Under the pieces are notes generated by a model. It ran no database searches. It was not told the origin of the DNA and saw only the letters and a program-made list of their open reading frames with translations. Of a stretch of 64,000 nt of DNA, positions 26,201 through 38,900 are shown piece after piece. Numbering within the stretch: the stretch's first letter is position 1; the number at the start of each line of letters is the position of its first letter. Source of the stretch: Tubulanus polymorphus (taxonomy: Eukaryota > Animalia > Nemertea); NCBI RefSeq assembly GCF_964204645.1, contig NC_134036.1, positions 9,465,859 to 9,529,858 on the forward strand, given 5' to 3'. A program made the translations under genes and the position numbers.

Positions 26201-27174
26201 ACGTAGTTTTTATTCTGAAGAAATCTTGTTTAAAAGTATTAGTTAAATATTTATGTACCCTGTGTTAAATCAGATGGAGAGGCCCGTGTACTTCTTCACA
26301 AAAATAGCATTTTGACCTTTCAAGGAGATCGGTGTGCAGCAAAGATATACGCGTTACCTCCGCTATGAGATTTTCAGGCAGGTTGGGAAATCGGGTCACC
26401 CGGTTCTATAGTCATGAACACTGTACTATAACGTCCAGACATCCATCTAAAAGAGTCCATGCTCGTAGGTACCAGGTTTATAGTATCCAGGCAGCAGGCG
26501 AATCATTTGGGTCACCTGCAATGTACTTTAACCATAGAAATTTAGCACTGCTATGCTTTAACCAACCAACAGCTGCTAGAGTTCATCAGAGCATCCAAAC
26601 TTTAAATCTCCAGAAATCTATCTACTGTTTTATATGCAGTGGATGCCATGTGTCCCTCTAATCGCCTGTATCAATGCAAACATTTAACACCTGTGGCGAT
26701 TTTAACTGCTAAATCTGTCAGCGATCACTCGATACCGTTACTTTTCATAGTGAGCTGTTGATATCTTAAAAGTGAGATTGAAACAAATCCTTCCCGGATA
26801 AAAGGAACACCTTAAACGGTCACCTAAAACATATTCATAGTCTTGGATAATTACATGCCATATAATCATTTTAGTTCAGGAATCGAAATGTTTGAAGCTC
26901 GGCTTAAAAATCCTCCGATATTTAACAAGTGTTTTAAAGAACACTGGTATGTTTGATAACAGGGTCGAATGGCTTATTTTGAATTTGAACATTTCATCCA
27001 ATTCCAAATTGGCTACATATTTCTAGGTTTCATACTTTTTGAGACAGGATGATTCGATATTGTTTTAACAATTAAGAGAAATCCCTCAAGAAAATCAAGA
27101 CGCGGTGAATATATTTAAAGCAACGTTTCGCCTAAAAAATTGAAAAGCTATATTGTATTTCTAATATAACACAT

Positions 27175-27366
27175 GAGTAATAGGGATAATAGGCTTCCAG
27201 GTTAAAGGTCGAAGGGTCGAGCTCGTAAAAAAATGAAAATAACTATAATTTACAGTTGAATTAGTCGCGCACACTCCTAATTCAACTGCAAATTATTGTT
27301 ATTTTCATTTTTTACTCACTCGCCCCTTCAACCTTTAAACCTGAAAGCCTATTACCCCTATGACTT
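27175..27366. other. Long imperfect hairpin (~90-bp arms) upstream of pPolB
   Basis: GAGTAATAGGG...CAGTTGAATTAG / loop TCGCGCACACTC / CTAATTCAACTG...CCCTATGACT. Homologous hairpin at 56109-56236. Confidence 0.9.
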
Positions 27367-27374
27367 TTAAAATA

Positions 27375-27377
<3 letters not shown>

Positions 27378-27416
<39 letters not shown>
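27378..27416. repeat. (TA)n microsatellite
   Basis: About 19 consecutive TA units. Confidence 0.97.
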
Positions 27417-27419
<3 letters not shown>

Positions 27420-27643
27420 ATAATTTACATGAATAACATATAAATTGACAGATTTTTCAATATAAAAGTGTAAGCTCTTGTAGAATAGATATATAGATAT
27501 ATTTTAAACATTATTTCAATATTTATATTTGTATGAGTTAGATTTTTAAACATTAAAAGTGTTAGTAAAGTGTGATTGAAATAATACATGATATAAATCA
27601 TTGAACTTCTAAAATCAATTAAAAAAAAAGATTTAGTATTAAA

Positions 27644-30600
27644 ATGGAAGCAAATAAGTACTACTGTCCAACATGTAATATCAATATAGATAAATCCCAA
27701 AAAGCAAGACACAATTAAACTAAAACACATTTAGAGAATAAATTGAAACTAGAATATAAAGATGATATATTAGAAACTAAATTAGATGAAATAAAGAATG
27801 AAAAAGAAACATACAAATGTGATACATGTAATCAAACATTCAGTGATAAAGATATTATAATGAACATTTAAAATCTAAAAGTCATATTAGAAAAAAGAAT
27901 AATGATGTTTTAGGTTAAGATTATTTTGATGAAGATAATGATAAGAAACAGAAGACAATTAAAAACATAAAAGATATATTAAACAATAAAAGACCATACA
28001 TGGAAGATGTAAGAAAATATATTAATTCATTAGATAATAAAAAAGATATAGAGATTACCGAAGCATTTAAAAGTGATATTGGCCCAGCAGCTATTGAGTT
28101 TAAATTTCATAAAGGAAAAACAGAAGAAAATAAAAAAACATTTAGAAAATATGAAAGAAATAATAAAAATAATTACAGATGTTGAATATCCTAAAATAAG
28201 TATATCTTCTAAAGTAAAGTTTATAAAATCTGAAGATAAACCAATATATAATATAAATTCTCATTCACAACATATTATATCTAAACAACATATAGATGAT
28301 AAATTAGATAAATGTTATAATGAAGTAAAAACTAAAATAGAAGAGAAATATTTTGAAGGATCTGGTTTAATATTTGATGAAATAATATTTATGACTTTAC
28401 ATGTTTATAACACAAAATATAATAAGTTAACTAAATCAAAACCAATTGATGAAAATAATGTATCATATTATAAAGAACCAGATATTGAAGCATCGAGTTA
28501 TATTAAACTACCATTTAAAACTAATGCTGTAATAAATGTACAAAATGAAGATGATAAATGTTTTCTATGGGTAATAATAAGTTGTTTACATCCTGCAACT
28601 TATAATATTTGTAGATTAACTCATTATAAACCATTTGAAAATAATTATAAGATAGATAAGTATCCTGTTATAAATAAAAACATCCCAAAGATAGAAAGAG
28701 ATAATAATTTAAGAATAAATGTATTTGATTTAATCAAATTACCAAATATAAAAGGTAACAACATAAAACATTATACATTAGAACCTTTATACCTATCAAA
28801 AGATTATGATTCAAACGATGTTATAGATATACTATATTATGAGAATCATTATATGTGGATTAAACAAATAGATTTATTCTTTAGAACAGAAAGTGATCAC
28901 CATAATAAAATATATCTATGTAGAAAATGTTTACATAAATTCAGTAATGAAAGTACATTATTAAATCATAAACAATTATGTGAAAATCATGATTATTGCA
29001 AATTTGTTTTACCAAATGAAAAGGATAAAATATTAGAATTCAAAAAATATGATTACAAAAATAAAGTACCATTTGTAATATATGGAGATTTTGAATCATT
29101 AAATAAGGAACTAACTGATCAAGATAGAAAAGAAATATATTATAACAGAAAGAAATTAAATTCTAATGAAAATTATTTTTCATATGAACCACCAATAACA
29201 AATACAATTAAAAAGATTCATCAATCAGCTTTTGGATTATATATTAAATCTGATTATCCAGAACTAATTGAAAGTGAATATTATGATTATAGAAATGAAA
29301 ATGTTATCAATCATTTTTGTGACTTATTAATTGAATATGAAATAAGATTTAGTAAATTATTGAATACAAATATAGAAATTATAATGACAGAAGAAGATAA
29401 AGAAGAATTTGCGTTTGCAGATAAATGTTATTATTGTGAAAAGATATTTAATTATAAAGATAAAAAAGTAAGAGACCATGATCATTTGAACGGAAGGTTT
29501 AGAGGCGCTGCACATGAGAATTGTAACTTACAAGCTAAGAAAATTAATTTTGTACCAGTTATATTTCATAATCTATCAGGATATGATGCACATTTATTCA
29601 TCAAACCGTTATGCCATAAAATAGAAGAAATTAATAATGAAATAGAAAGATTAGATTCAAATAGATCAAAAGATAAAATACCAACTTATAAATTTAGAAT
29701 GTTAGCTAAAACATCTGAGAATTACATATCATTCCAATTTGGGTGTCTAAGATTTATAGATTCATATAGATTTTTAAATAGTTCATTAGATAACTTATCA
29801 AAATCATTAGTTGATGATGAATTAAAGATATTAAAGCAACACTACCCAAATAATGATGATTTTCAATTAATGAGATATAAAGGCGCAATTCCATATCCAT
29901 TTTATAAATCACATAATGATTTTAACATAACTGAATTATTAAAAGAACAATTCTATGATGAATTAAAAAATGAATATGTTAAAGATGAAGTATATAATAG
30001 AACATTGAATATTTGGAATCATTTCAAAATAGAAAATCATGGACAATTAGTAGATTTATATTTGAAATCAGATGTATTATTATTAACCGATATATTAGAA
30101 AGGTTTAGAGATGTAAACCTAAAATATTTTAACATTGATCCATGTCATTGTTATTCATCACCAGGTTTACCATGGGATTGTGGATTAAAATTTACAGATA
30201 TAAAAATGGATTTGTTAACCAATATAGATCAATTATTATTATTTGAAGAATCTATAAGAGGAGGAGTTTCAGGTGTATTAGGTGATAGATATTTCAATGT
30301 AAATGATGACGCTGGATATAAGTTATTATATATAGATGCAAATAATTTGTATGGTTGGGCAATGATGGAACCACAACCTTATGGAGTATTTGAATTAACT
30401 GAAGTTTTACAGAATGAAAATAATGATAAATTTGATTGGAAGAAAATAATTCTAGATATTGCAGATGATTCAGATACTGGTTACTTCTTTGTTGTAGATT
30501 TAGAATATCCTGAACACATTAAATTTAAATCTAGAAATCTAGCTTACTGTCCCGAACATAAAACTGTCACACATGAAGAATTATCAAATTACCAAAAAAG

Positions 30601-31363
30601 AATTAAACCCGAAAATCATATTCATACAGAAAAGTTAATGGTAACTCAAGAAGATAAATATAATTATGTAGTACATTATAGAATGTTAAAGTTTTATCTA
30701 AAACAAGGAATGATCCTAAAAAAAGTACATAGTTATATTTCATTTAGTCAATCTAAGTGGTTAGAAAAATATATAGATTTTAACACCAAACAGAGAACTG
30801 AAGCTAAATCTGATTTTGAGAAAGATTTCTTCAAACTAATGAACAATGCATTCTATGGTAAGACTTGTGAAAATATCAGAAATAGAAATGATATTGAGTT
30901 AGTTAGTAATGGTAAAAGAATTAGACATTTACAATCATATCCTAAGTTCATTGGTAACAGAATATTTGATGACAATTTAGCTGCAGTTAAAATGAGAAGA
31001 ACATCTATGAAATTTAATAAACCAATTTATGTTGGTGCTTCAGTTTTAGAATTATCAAAATTACTAATGTATGAATTCTATTATAATGTATTACAACCAC
31101 TTTTTGGAGAAAAACATATAGAAATCTTATATTTTGATACTGACAGTTACATATTAAAGATAAAAACTGATAACATAACTAATGATTTAAAAACATTAAA
31201 ACATCATTTTGATTTCAGTAATTATCCTAAAGATCATGAATTGTTTAGCAATGATAATAAAAAAGTTCCCGGTAAATTCAAAGATGAATTAGGTGGCGAA
31301 GAAATGATTGAATTCATTGGTATTAGATCTAAAATGTATTTTTTTGATACTGATTTTTTTTAA
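27644..31363 (+). pseudogene. polB: Protein-primed family B DNA polymerase (pPolB), intein-free allele, with N-terminal zinc fingers and an inserted HNH/EndoVII-like domain; main ORF 28073-31363
   Basis: ExoI IYGDFES, CYYC..VRDHDH..GRFRGAAH..CN, FHNLSGYDAH, FIDSYRF, YIDANNLYGWAM (motif A), KLMNNAFYGKT (motif B), YFDTDS (motif C). The N-terminus from ATG 27644 (CPTC..H, CDTC..H) is broken by stops and frameshifts, and the C-terminal thumb is truncated. Confidence 0.95.
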
Positions 31364-31685
31364 GCGGCATTGTCGGTATTTCAGTATTGTTGAAGGCACA
31401 TGATTCAGTTGATAATTCGGATTCTGTTGTACTCGACGATGATCCGTTGATCTCGGGTAGCTTTACGCATGGAATGATTGGCTTCTCTAGGGCAAACGAT
31501 TCTAACTCCGGTACACACGGTGACTCAACGGCAGCTTCGAGCAGTGGTTTGGTCGCTCGAGCGTCGTCTTCTTCTATTTTTGACACAGCAGACGTTTTTC
31601 GTTTAACGGCAATTATCCGCGCGGAAGCGAATTTTTTTTTCACACCAGGTCCGCCATTTTGTTTCTCCATATGACATGCTATCAC
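31329..31685 (-). other. Unassigned CpG-rich ORF fragment abutting the truncated polymerase; possibly the 5' end of a host gene
   Basis: About 118 open codons of low-complexity Ser/Glu-rich sequence, CAAAATGGCGG and TCACGTGA promoter-like motifs, and a sharp composition change at 31340. No recognisable domain. Confidence 0.3.
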
Positions 31686-32065
31686 GTGATCTCAACATGT
31701 AAACACGCTAACTACCGGTATACATAAAACACGTGTTCCTTATAAATCTGGAATAAGTTGAATAACGAAACCCACTCAGTAACAAAACGAAAATTGGAGT
31801 CTAGAATATAATCCTTGATTATAATGTTAATAAAATTGGGGAATTATATGCTCAATTTTATTAATTATAATTTATACTGAAGTAGACACCGCGTGTAGAA
31901 GACGCTGTCCTCAATTATGCCAGATCCCAAAGAGTCTCAAGTCTAGACTTTTGTGTCCTTGTAAATAAAAAATTATACGGGGGAATATCCTCTTAGCCTC
32001 TGCAGGGAATCAAGTCTACGTCCTTGAGCTCCTTCTGAAGGGCCGAAAATAAATACAGGCCTCTT

Positions 32066-32295
32066 CATAGGCGTCGCCGGGATTTTTTTATGGGGGTCCG
32101 AATATCGGCAATTTGGTAAATCTAGTAAGGCAGCGAAGCTGCCTTTGACGAGGACCGAAGAAAATTTTGAAAATTAGGAGCGATTTAAAGCGTTTTCCCG
32201 CCACCTTGTGGAGTTTTTATATAGTAAAAAACGAAGAAACCTAGCCGAAAAAGGGGGTTCGTTCGCTCCCCCGAACCCCCCTGGCGACACCTATG
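32066..32295. mobile_element. MITE (hAT-like terminal inverted repeats)
   Basis: TIRs CATAGGCGTCGCC / GGCGACACCTATG. No clean TSD. Confidence 0.7.
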
Positions 32296-32667
32296 CTCTC
32301 TGCTGCCACCAGACTTCAGCACCACTCATAAGTCAGATATTTATCACAAATCAAACATTTATTTGCTAAACAAACAAGCCCAATCCTGGGCTTCCACACT
32401 ATTTGTCAAAGAAAATATCTATGAAAATGTAATACAAAATTAATTAGTTATTTACAAATACTGGTAGGGATCAGCAGTATGACAGCCTCAGATTGTCACG
32501 AAGAGAGACAAATTATTATATTGAAATCTTTACATAATATACTAATACATAAGATGCTATTTTATATATTTTGATAATACAGCAGTTATGAAGAGTGAGA
32601 CTTAAATGATTATTGCAGTATCTTTATACGGGGTGCAGCAGTTTAGGAACTAATGCTAACAGATTTG

Positions 32668-33105
32668 TCATAATTTGTCTGAATTTGGCTCACCAAGAGA
32701 GGAATTGTATGGGGAATTGTTTACAATGCTATGATACTTGCTCAGGTGTCCATCCATTTCTTTGGTATACCATATCTTTTTCTTGAGGGTTTTAAACCAG
32801 GTATCCTCCCTCTCAACCTCAATTTGTATCTGACGCCAACTTTGAATAATATGACAGAAAGAAAGAGCTCCACGATCATATGAACAATGCGAAAATTTAA
32901 CAATATGATTGGGCTTGGAGTCCAATATCTTGATAAGAGTGGTGCATACATTTTCTGGCAGAATGGACGGATACTTTAAAAGATCACCAACTTCAGCAGA
33001 ATGTTTCTCCACGACAGTGAACTGTCCAAAACTGGTCGGCGGAATACGCAATTGACTGATTCTCCTGCGGGAAATATTTTCATATGCTGTGTCAATATCA
33101 GGCAC
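32668..33105 (-). CDS. Probable terminal exon of an unidentified host gene or gene fragment
   Basis: Acceptor TCTTTATTACAG| followed by 145 open codons (VPDIDTAYENISRRR...SDKL*) with globular composition. Other exon-like pieces at ~33648-33736 and ~34085-34266 lie on the same strand. Confidence 0.45.
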   Translation of the reverse strand: MPDIDTAYENISRRRISQLRIPPTSFGQFTVVEKHSAEVGDLLKYPSILPENVCTTLIKILDSKPNHIVKFSHCSYDRGALSFCHIIQSWRQIQIEVEREDTWFKTLKKKIWYTKEMDGHLSKYHSIVNNSPYNSSLGEPNSDKL

Positions 33106-34759
33106 CTGTAATAAAGATAATAGCCATAAGAAATATTGTACAGATTTACATATAACATCATATACCAATCAACTGACATGACTATCTGAACAGAGTTTTT
33201 GTAATTCCCTACTTTTTCCCGGATTCTATCAAATTTTGATCAATTCCCTGACTTTTCCCAACCGGGAATTCAATTTTTAAATTCCCTACTTTTTCCCGTT
33301 TTCCCGGTAAGCTGGGAACCATGCATTAATGGCGGCCAGTCAGCAACAAGAAACTCGTCCAAGATATTTTATGCCCAGTGCGAAGACAGGAAACCACAAG
33401 AGGCCCTCGACAGGGTGTTTGTATGCTGTATTCCAAGGAATTTGGCATATGTAATCTGGAAAATATCCCTGTATTCCGTATTCCGATGGCAAAACAAGAC
33501 AGTTTTCTCCTTGTATTCCAAGAATTTCAGCAAAATCGACAATTTTCAGCTTTTTATGCTGTATTCCACTTCAAATTAGTATTCCGTATTCCATGACCCC
33601 CTGTAGAGAACCTCACACAAAGGACTTGTGATATAAAATCAACTTACCGTTACTATAGCTGAATCCATACTTGTTATCTAAGCATTGTTCACATTATTTA
33701 ATAACTACATTTTAGTATCACGATAATATTCTTTGCCTAAAATTAAAACAGAGAAATTTGGTTGGCATCTTATGTGAATTTGACCAAAACTGTCTGATTT
33801 ATGAGGTGCCGCACGTTTTTAAATAGGACTCGTTGCGTCTTGGGAGGTTGATGGAGCAGGCGTCTGAAGCGCTAGAGTGTAAAGCCTGCGGAGGTGTTCT
33901 CTGCAAATTTTGGGAGAAGATCTACACAACTCGGTATTGCGGCTTATCACACTCAACACATACACTGTCATGATTTTAGGCCTATATGTTTACAATAGAC
34001 ATTAATTGGCTTCAAAAGTTTAAGTTGCAAATTCTTAATAGAATCTTAATAGTTCAGATTTCTACCGTCACAGTTTGAGCCTACAAATGAGGGAGCTGTG
34101 GTCTGACAGCGGGGGTCTGACACTGACAGGCCAAATTTTGGGCAATTCCGACATTTCTTATATTCCCAAATAATAGTTTCTCTGATGAAGATAAATTCCT
34201 ATTAATCATTTCGTCCCCACTAATGACACGTAGCCTAGGACAGTTTACAGCTTTTGGGTTTTCCAACTCATAAATAAAAAATTGTCACTTAATGGTAATA
34301 TATAAAGTAGAATGTACATGTATATATACATATTCTTGTATAACGAATAAGTCTAATGCTTATGTTGTGTTGTGTTTTATTCTATTTTATATCATTTTAT
34401 TTTTGTTACAATTGCATTGCATCTACAATCATGTATGATAATAAAGAATTGAATTGAATTGAATTAAAGTCAAAGAAGGAAAAACGTGCCTGTAAAAAGA
34501 ATGAAACCATTAACTTACTTCGGTTTCCTACTGGTCTGAGACGCGAAGCTGGCAAGTAGTCAATCATGGTCAATTGGCTGGCGCTAGGCCTCCTACCACA
34601 GCTTATATTTAGTCAAGAGTCGACAGTAGATTTTGTCGTTCACATCATGGATTTCTTCATGCATTGCGACATGCAGTCCGGAAGCGAAACTGAGTTGGGC
34701 ATGCGCAGTGGCTATCTGACATGGTGTGAAAAAAAAATTCGCCGCGCGGAACCATCCGG

Positions 34760-35982
34760 ACGCGTCACCGTCGTGTTAGAGAGTAACTGTAGCGGGCTTG
34801 GAGGCATTTCTTTTCTAATTTCTTCTAAAATTCTATGGAGATCGTCGTTCGTTGGAAATGACGTTGTTTTATAATCTGGACTCTTTGGCGACGGTATTTC
34901 CTTGGTATGAGTTACGAGCGGGTTTTCTTCCTTAATTACTGTCGGTGTCTTCTGTCTTTTGCCGGTCGGAACCTTGTTCTCTTTTCCCGGTTTTCTTTTA
35001 GTCGGATGAAGGATCGGGGTCTCCGGGCGACTTAATTAAACACTGGATCTCCGGAGGGGCAAATTCAAATTCATCATCGTCGTCTATCGCGACGAGTTTC
35101 ACTTTTTCGATGATCGATCTGGTATCTTCCTAGTGTCTTCTGTGTGTTTTTCTAGCATGTTGTCGAATCAGGTCTCGACGTCCGTTCTTGTAACTGCAGA
35201 GTTTGCATCGATATTCATACCCCTGATGCGGCTTACTTTGACATTTTAAATCATGCGCCTTGAGGTTCCTCATTGACGCGAAATCTTTCTTACAGTGGAC
35301 ACATAAAAATGGCGTTGTCCCGTGCATTCTGAAATGTATAATCATATTCAAAGTTACAGAGCGAGTAGCAATGGTGGTATAACTCTTCTCCCCGACCTGG
35401 TGTAAGTGGGTGGATCTGGACTGGGTTTCCAGAAGGTCAATTCAGCGAATTGCGGTTTTGTTTCATTTTCTCGCTCGTATAATTTAAGTCGGTCGAAATG
35501 CACTCGTTTAATTTTGTGTATCTTTGTGTATCTCATACCCTACGTTTAATTTTGTGTTTCTCTGTGTATCTCATACCCTACGTCATTTACTTTACGTTTG
35601 ACTGTCCAGGGACCATCCCACGGATGGTATAACTTTGGTGACATTCCCCGAGGGCAAGCGGGGTTATGAAGCCAAACTAATGCTCCGACAGAAAATGCGA
35701 CTCCGGTGGCTTTAGTATCGTAGTTACGCTTCATTCTCCGAGTCCGAACAGTAGAATTGTGTCTTGCCAAATCGTGCGCTGCACGAATACGCTCTCTTAG
35801 TTCTACGGTGAACATATTTAAGCTACGAGAGCTTTCGTGAGGCGGGCCTTCATACATTAAGTCGATGGGTAGGCGAATCTCATGCCCGAACATCAGATTC
35901 GGGGTGAATTTAGTCGAATCATGAACGGCCGATCGATAGGCCATAGCGATGAACGGCAATTGTTCGTCCCAGTCAGAGTGGT
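34760..35982 (-). mobile_element. Gypsy LTR-retrotransposon fragment (integrase C-terminus and downstream zinc-finger ORF)
   Basis: DWDEQLPFIAMAYRSAVHDSTKFTP..MFG.E.RLPIDL, KL...WDGPW.V (GPY/F module), VHFDRLK, TRSGR. Left boundary approximate. Confidence 0.85.
35130..35351 (-). CDS. Two-finger C2H2-type zinc-finger ORF downstream of the Gypsy integrase
   Basis: FLCVHC..F....NLKAH...C and YRCKLC.Y...RRDLIRQH...TH. Confidence 0.6.
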   Translation of the reverse strand: MNMIIHFRMHGTTPFLCVHCKKDFASMRNLKAHDLKCQSKPHQGYEYRCKLCSYKNGRRDLIRQHARKTHRRH

Positions 35983-35989
35983 TAATTAA

Positions 35990-38900
35990 TAAAATTAATA
36001 ATTTAAAAATATATGTATTCGAATTAATGCAATAACCAAAGACAAAAGGTGAAAATATTAAGGATTATACATTGGAAGCTTTATATTTAACAGAATATTA
36101 TGATGATGAAAATGCTATAGATTTGTTATATTACAAAAAAGATGAAAATGAACATTATATGTGGTTAAAACAAATTGATTTATTCTTTAGCACAGAAAGT
36201 GATTTTAACAGGCATAAAATTTATCTATGTAGAAAATTTTTATCTAAATTTAGAACTGAGAATGCTTTACTAAAACATAAAGAATTATGTGGTAATAAAG
36301 ATTTTTGTAAATTTATAATGCCAACAGAAAAAGATTATAAATTGAAATTTACTAATCATAAATTTAAGAATATTGTTCCATTTGTAATTTATGGGGATTT
36401 TGAATCGTTCAATAAAGAATTAACTGATCAAGATAGAAAAGAAATATATAACAAAAAGCAATTATTAAAATCAATGGATAAAGGAAATGAATTAAATGAA
36501 GACACAACACAAGATCCGCCAATTATAAACACAATTAAAAAAGTTCATCAAAGAGCTGCTGCTTATGGAATTTATATGAAATCAAATTATCCTGAATTAT
36601 ATGAAAGTCAATATATTTCTTTTAGAGGTGAAGATGTAGTTAATGATTTTTGTGACAAAATGATTGAATTTGAAAGTGATTTTGCAAAATTATTAAACAA
36701 AAATAAAAGAATAGTTATGACAAAAGAAGATGAAATTGATTTTAATTATGCAACTCATTGTTGTTGTTGTGAAAAAAACGTTTTCATTCATTTGATAAAA
36801 AAGTAAGAGATCATGATCATTTAAATTCAAAATATCGTGGAGCTGCTCATGAAGATTGTAATTTACAAGCTAAGAAAGTTAATTTCGTACCAATATTATT
36901 TCATAATTTATCAGGCTATGATACCCATCTATTTATAAAACAATTATCGAGAAAATTGGGCGCAATTAATCAAGAAATAGAAGAATATAATGCTATGAAT
37001 GGTGTAAATGTAAGAACTATTAGCTAAAACATCCGAAAATTATATTTCATTTCAATTTGGTTGCATTAGTTTTTTAGATTCTTATAGATTTCTTGCAAGT
37101 TCATAAGATAATTTATCAAAAAGTTTAGTTGATAATGATTTTATAATAACTCGATATTATTATCCAAATGAACAAGATTTTAAATTATTGAGATATAAAG
37201 GTGCAATTCCTTATTCATTTTATAAAACACACAATGATTTTAATGTAACAGAATTATTAAAAGATCAATTTTATGATCAATTAAAAGAGGAGTATGTGAA
37301 AGATGAAGTGTTTAATAGTACATTAAATATTTGGAACCATTTTAAGATGAAAAATCATGGTGAATTAGTTGATTTATACTTAAAATCAGATGTTATGATA
37401 TTGGCTGATATATTTGAAAAATTTAGAGAAGTTAATTTGAATCATTTTAATGTTGATCCTTGTTATTGCTACTCTAGTCCTGGTTTAACCTGGCAATGTG
37501 GTTTAAAATACACAAATGTAGAATTAGATTTATTAAAAGAACCAGACATGGTTTTATTATTTGAAAAATGAATTAGAGGTGGAATTAGTGGTGTTATGGG
37601 AGATAGGTATTTTAAAGCAAATGATGAATATAAATTATTATATATTGACGCCAATAATTTATATGGTTGGGCAATGATGCAACCTCAACCATACACAAAT
37701 TTTATATTGACAGAAGTTGAAAATGATGATAAAACTGATTGGGAAAGCGCAATTGCGAGTTTAAAAGATGAAACACCAATTGGTTATTTCTTTGTAGTTG
37801 ATTTAGAATATCCTGAAAATATAAAGTTTAAAACAAGAAACTTACCTTATTGCCCAGAACATTTAACCGTAGATGATAGTTATTTAAGTGAATACCAGAA
37901 GAAAATAAAACCGAAAGATCATGTTTTTACAGAAAAATTAATACTTACTCAAAATAATAAATACAATTATATTGTTCATTATAGAATGTTAAAATTTTAT
38001 CTAAAACAAGGAATGAAATTAAAGAAAGTACATAGATATATTGAATTTTTAATCAATCGAAGTGGTTAGAAAAATATATAGATTTCAATACTCAACGGAG
38101 AACCATATCAAAAAAAGATTTTGAAAAAGATTTCTTCAAATTAATGAATAATAGTTTTTATGGTAAAACATGCGAAAATATTAGAAATAGAAATGATATT
38201 GAATTAGTAAATAATTCTGAACGATTAAGACATTTACAATTAAGTCCTAGACATTTAGGAAATAAAAGATTTGAAGATTAGTTAACAGCAGTTAAATTAA
38301 AAAGAACGTCAATGAAATTTAATAAAGCTATATTAATTGGTTCAACTGTTTTAGAAGTATCAAAATTATTAATGTATGATTTTTATTATAATGTTTTACA
38401 ACCACTTTTTGGGGAAAAGCATATTGAAATATTGTATTTTGATTCTGTAACAGCTGACACCCCAATATTATTAAAATGTAATGATAAAATATTGATAAGA
38501 AGAATTTCAGAAATAATTCCCAAACAAAATGAATGTTATATTTCATATGGTGAAAAAGAATTAATACAAATAAATGGTTTAATGGATGTTTGGACAAGAA
38601 ATGGATTGAAAAAATTAAAGAATATTATTAGGCATAAAACAAATAAGAAAATCTATAGAGTTAGAACTAAATTAGGGTTTGTAGATGTTACAGAAGATCA
38701 TAGTTTAACTAAACGAATTGGCGATGAAATAAAACCAACTGATATAAACATTGGAGATGAATTATTACATAAAAGATTTTTCCAAAGAATGAATCATATG
38801 TCATTCGACGAAATTATTGATAATATTCATAATATAGAACCTGAAACATTAGAAGAAAAAGAATATTTTATCAAAGGATTTTTCATGGGTGATGGTTCAG

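Larger units (their letters stand above)
27175..31340 (+). mobile_element. Polinton/Maverick fragment A (hairpin and pPolB), right-truncated
   Basis: Abruptly very AT-rich, with a pPolB gene. Layout matches Polinton C. Homology with copy B stops after GIRSKMY. Left boundary uncertain. Confidence 0.9.

Noticed and set aside
28073-31363. Intact functional polymerase gene starting at 28073
   Set aside because: The start is a GTG produced by an upstream frameshift, the true N-terminus at 27644 is disrupted, and the C-terminus is truncated relative to copy B.
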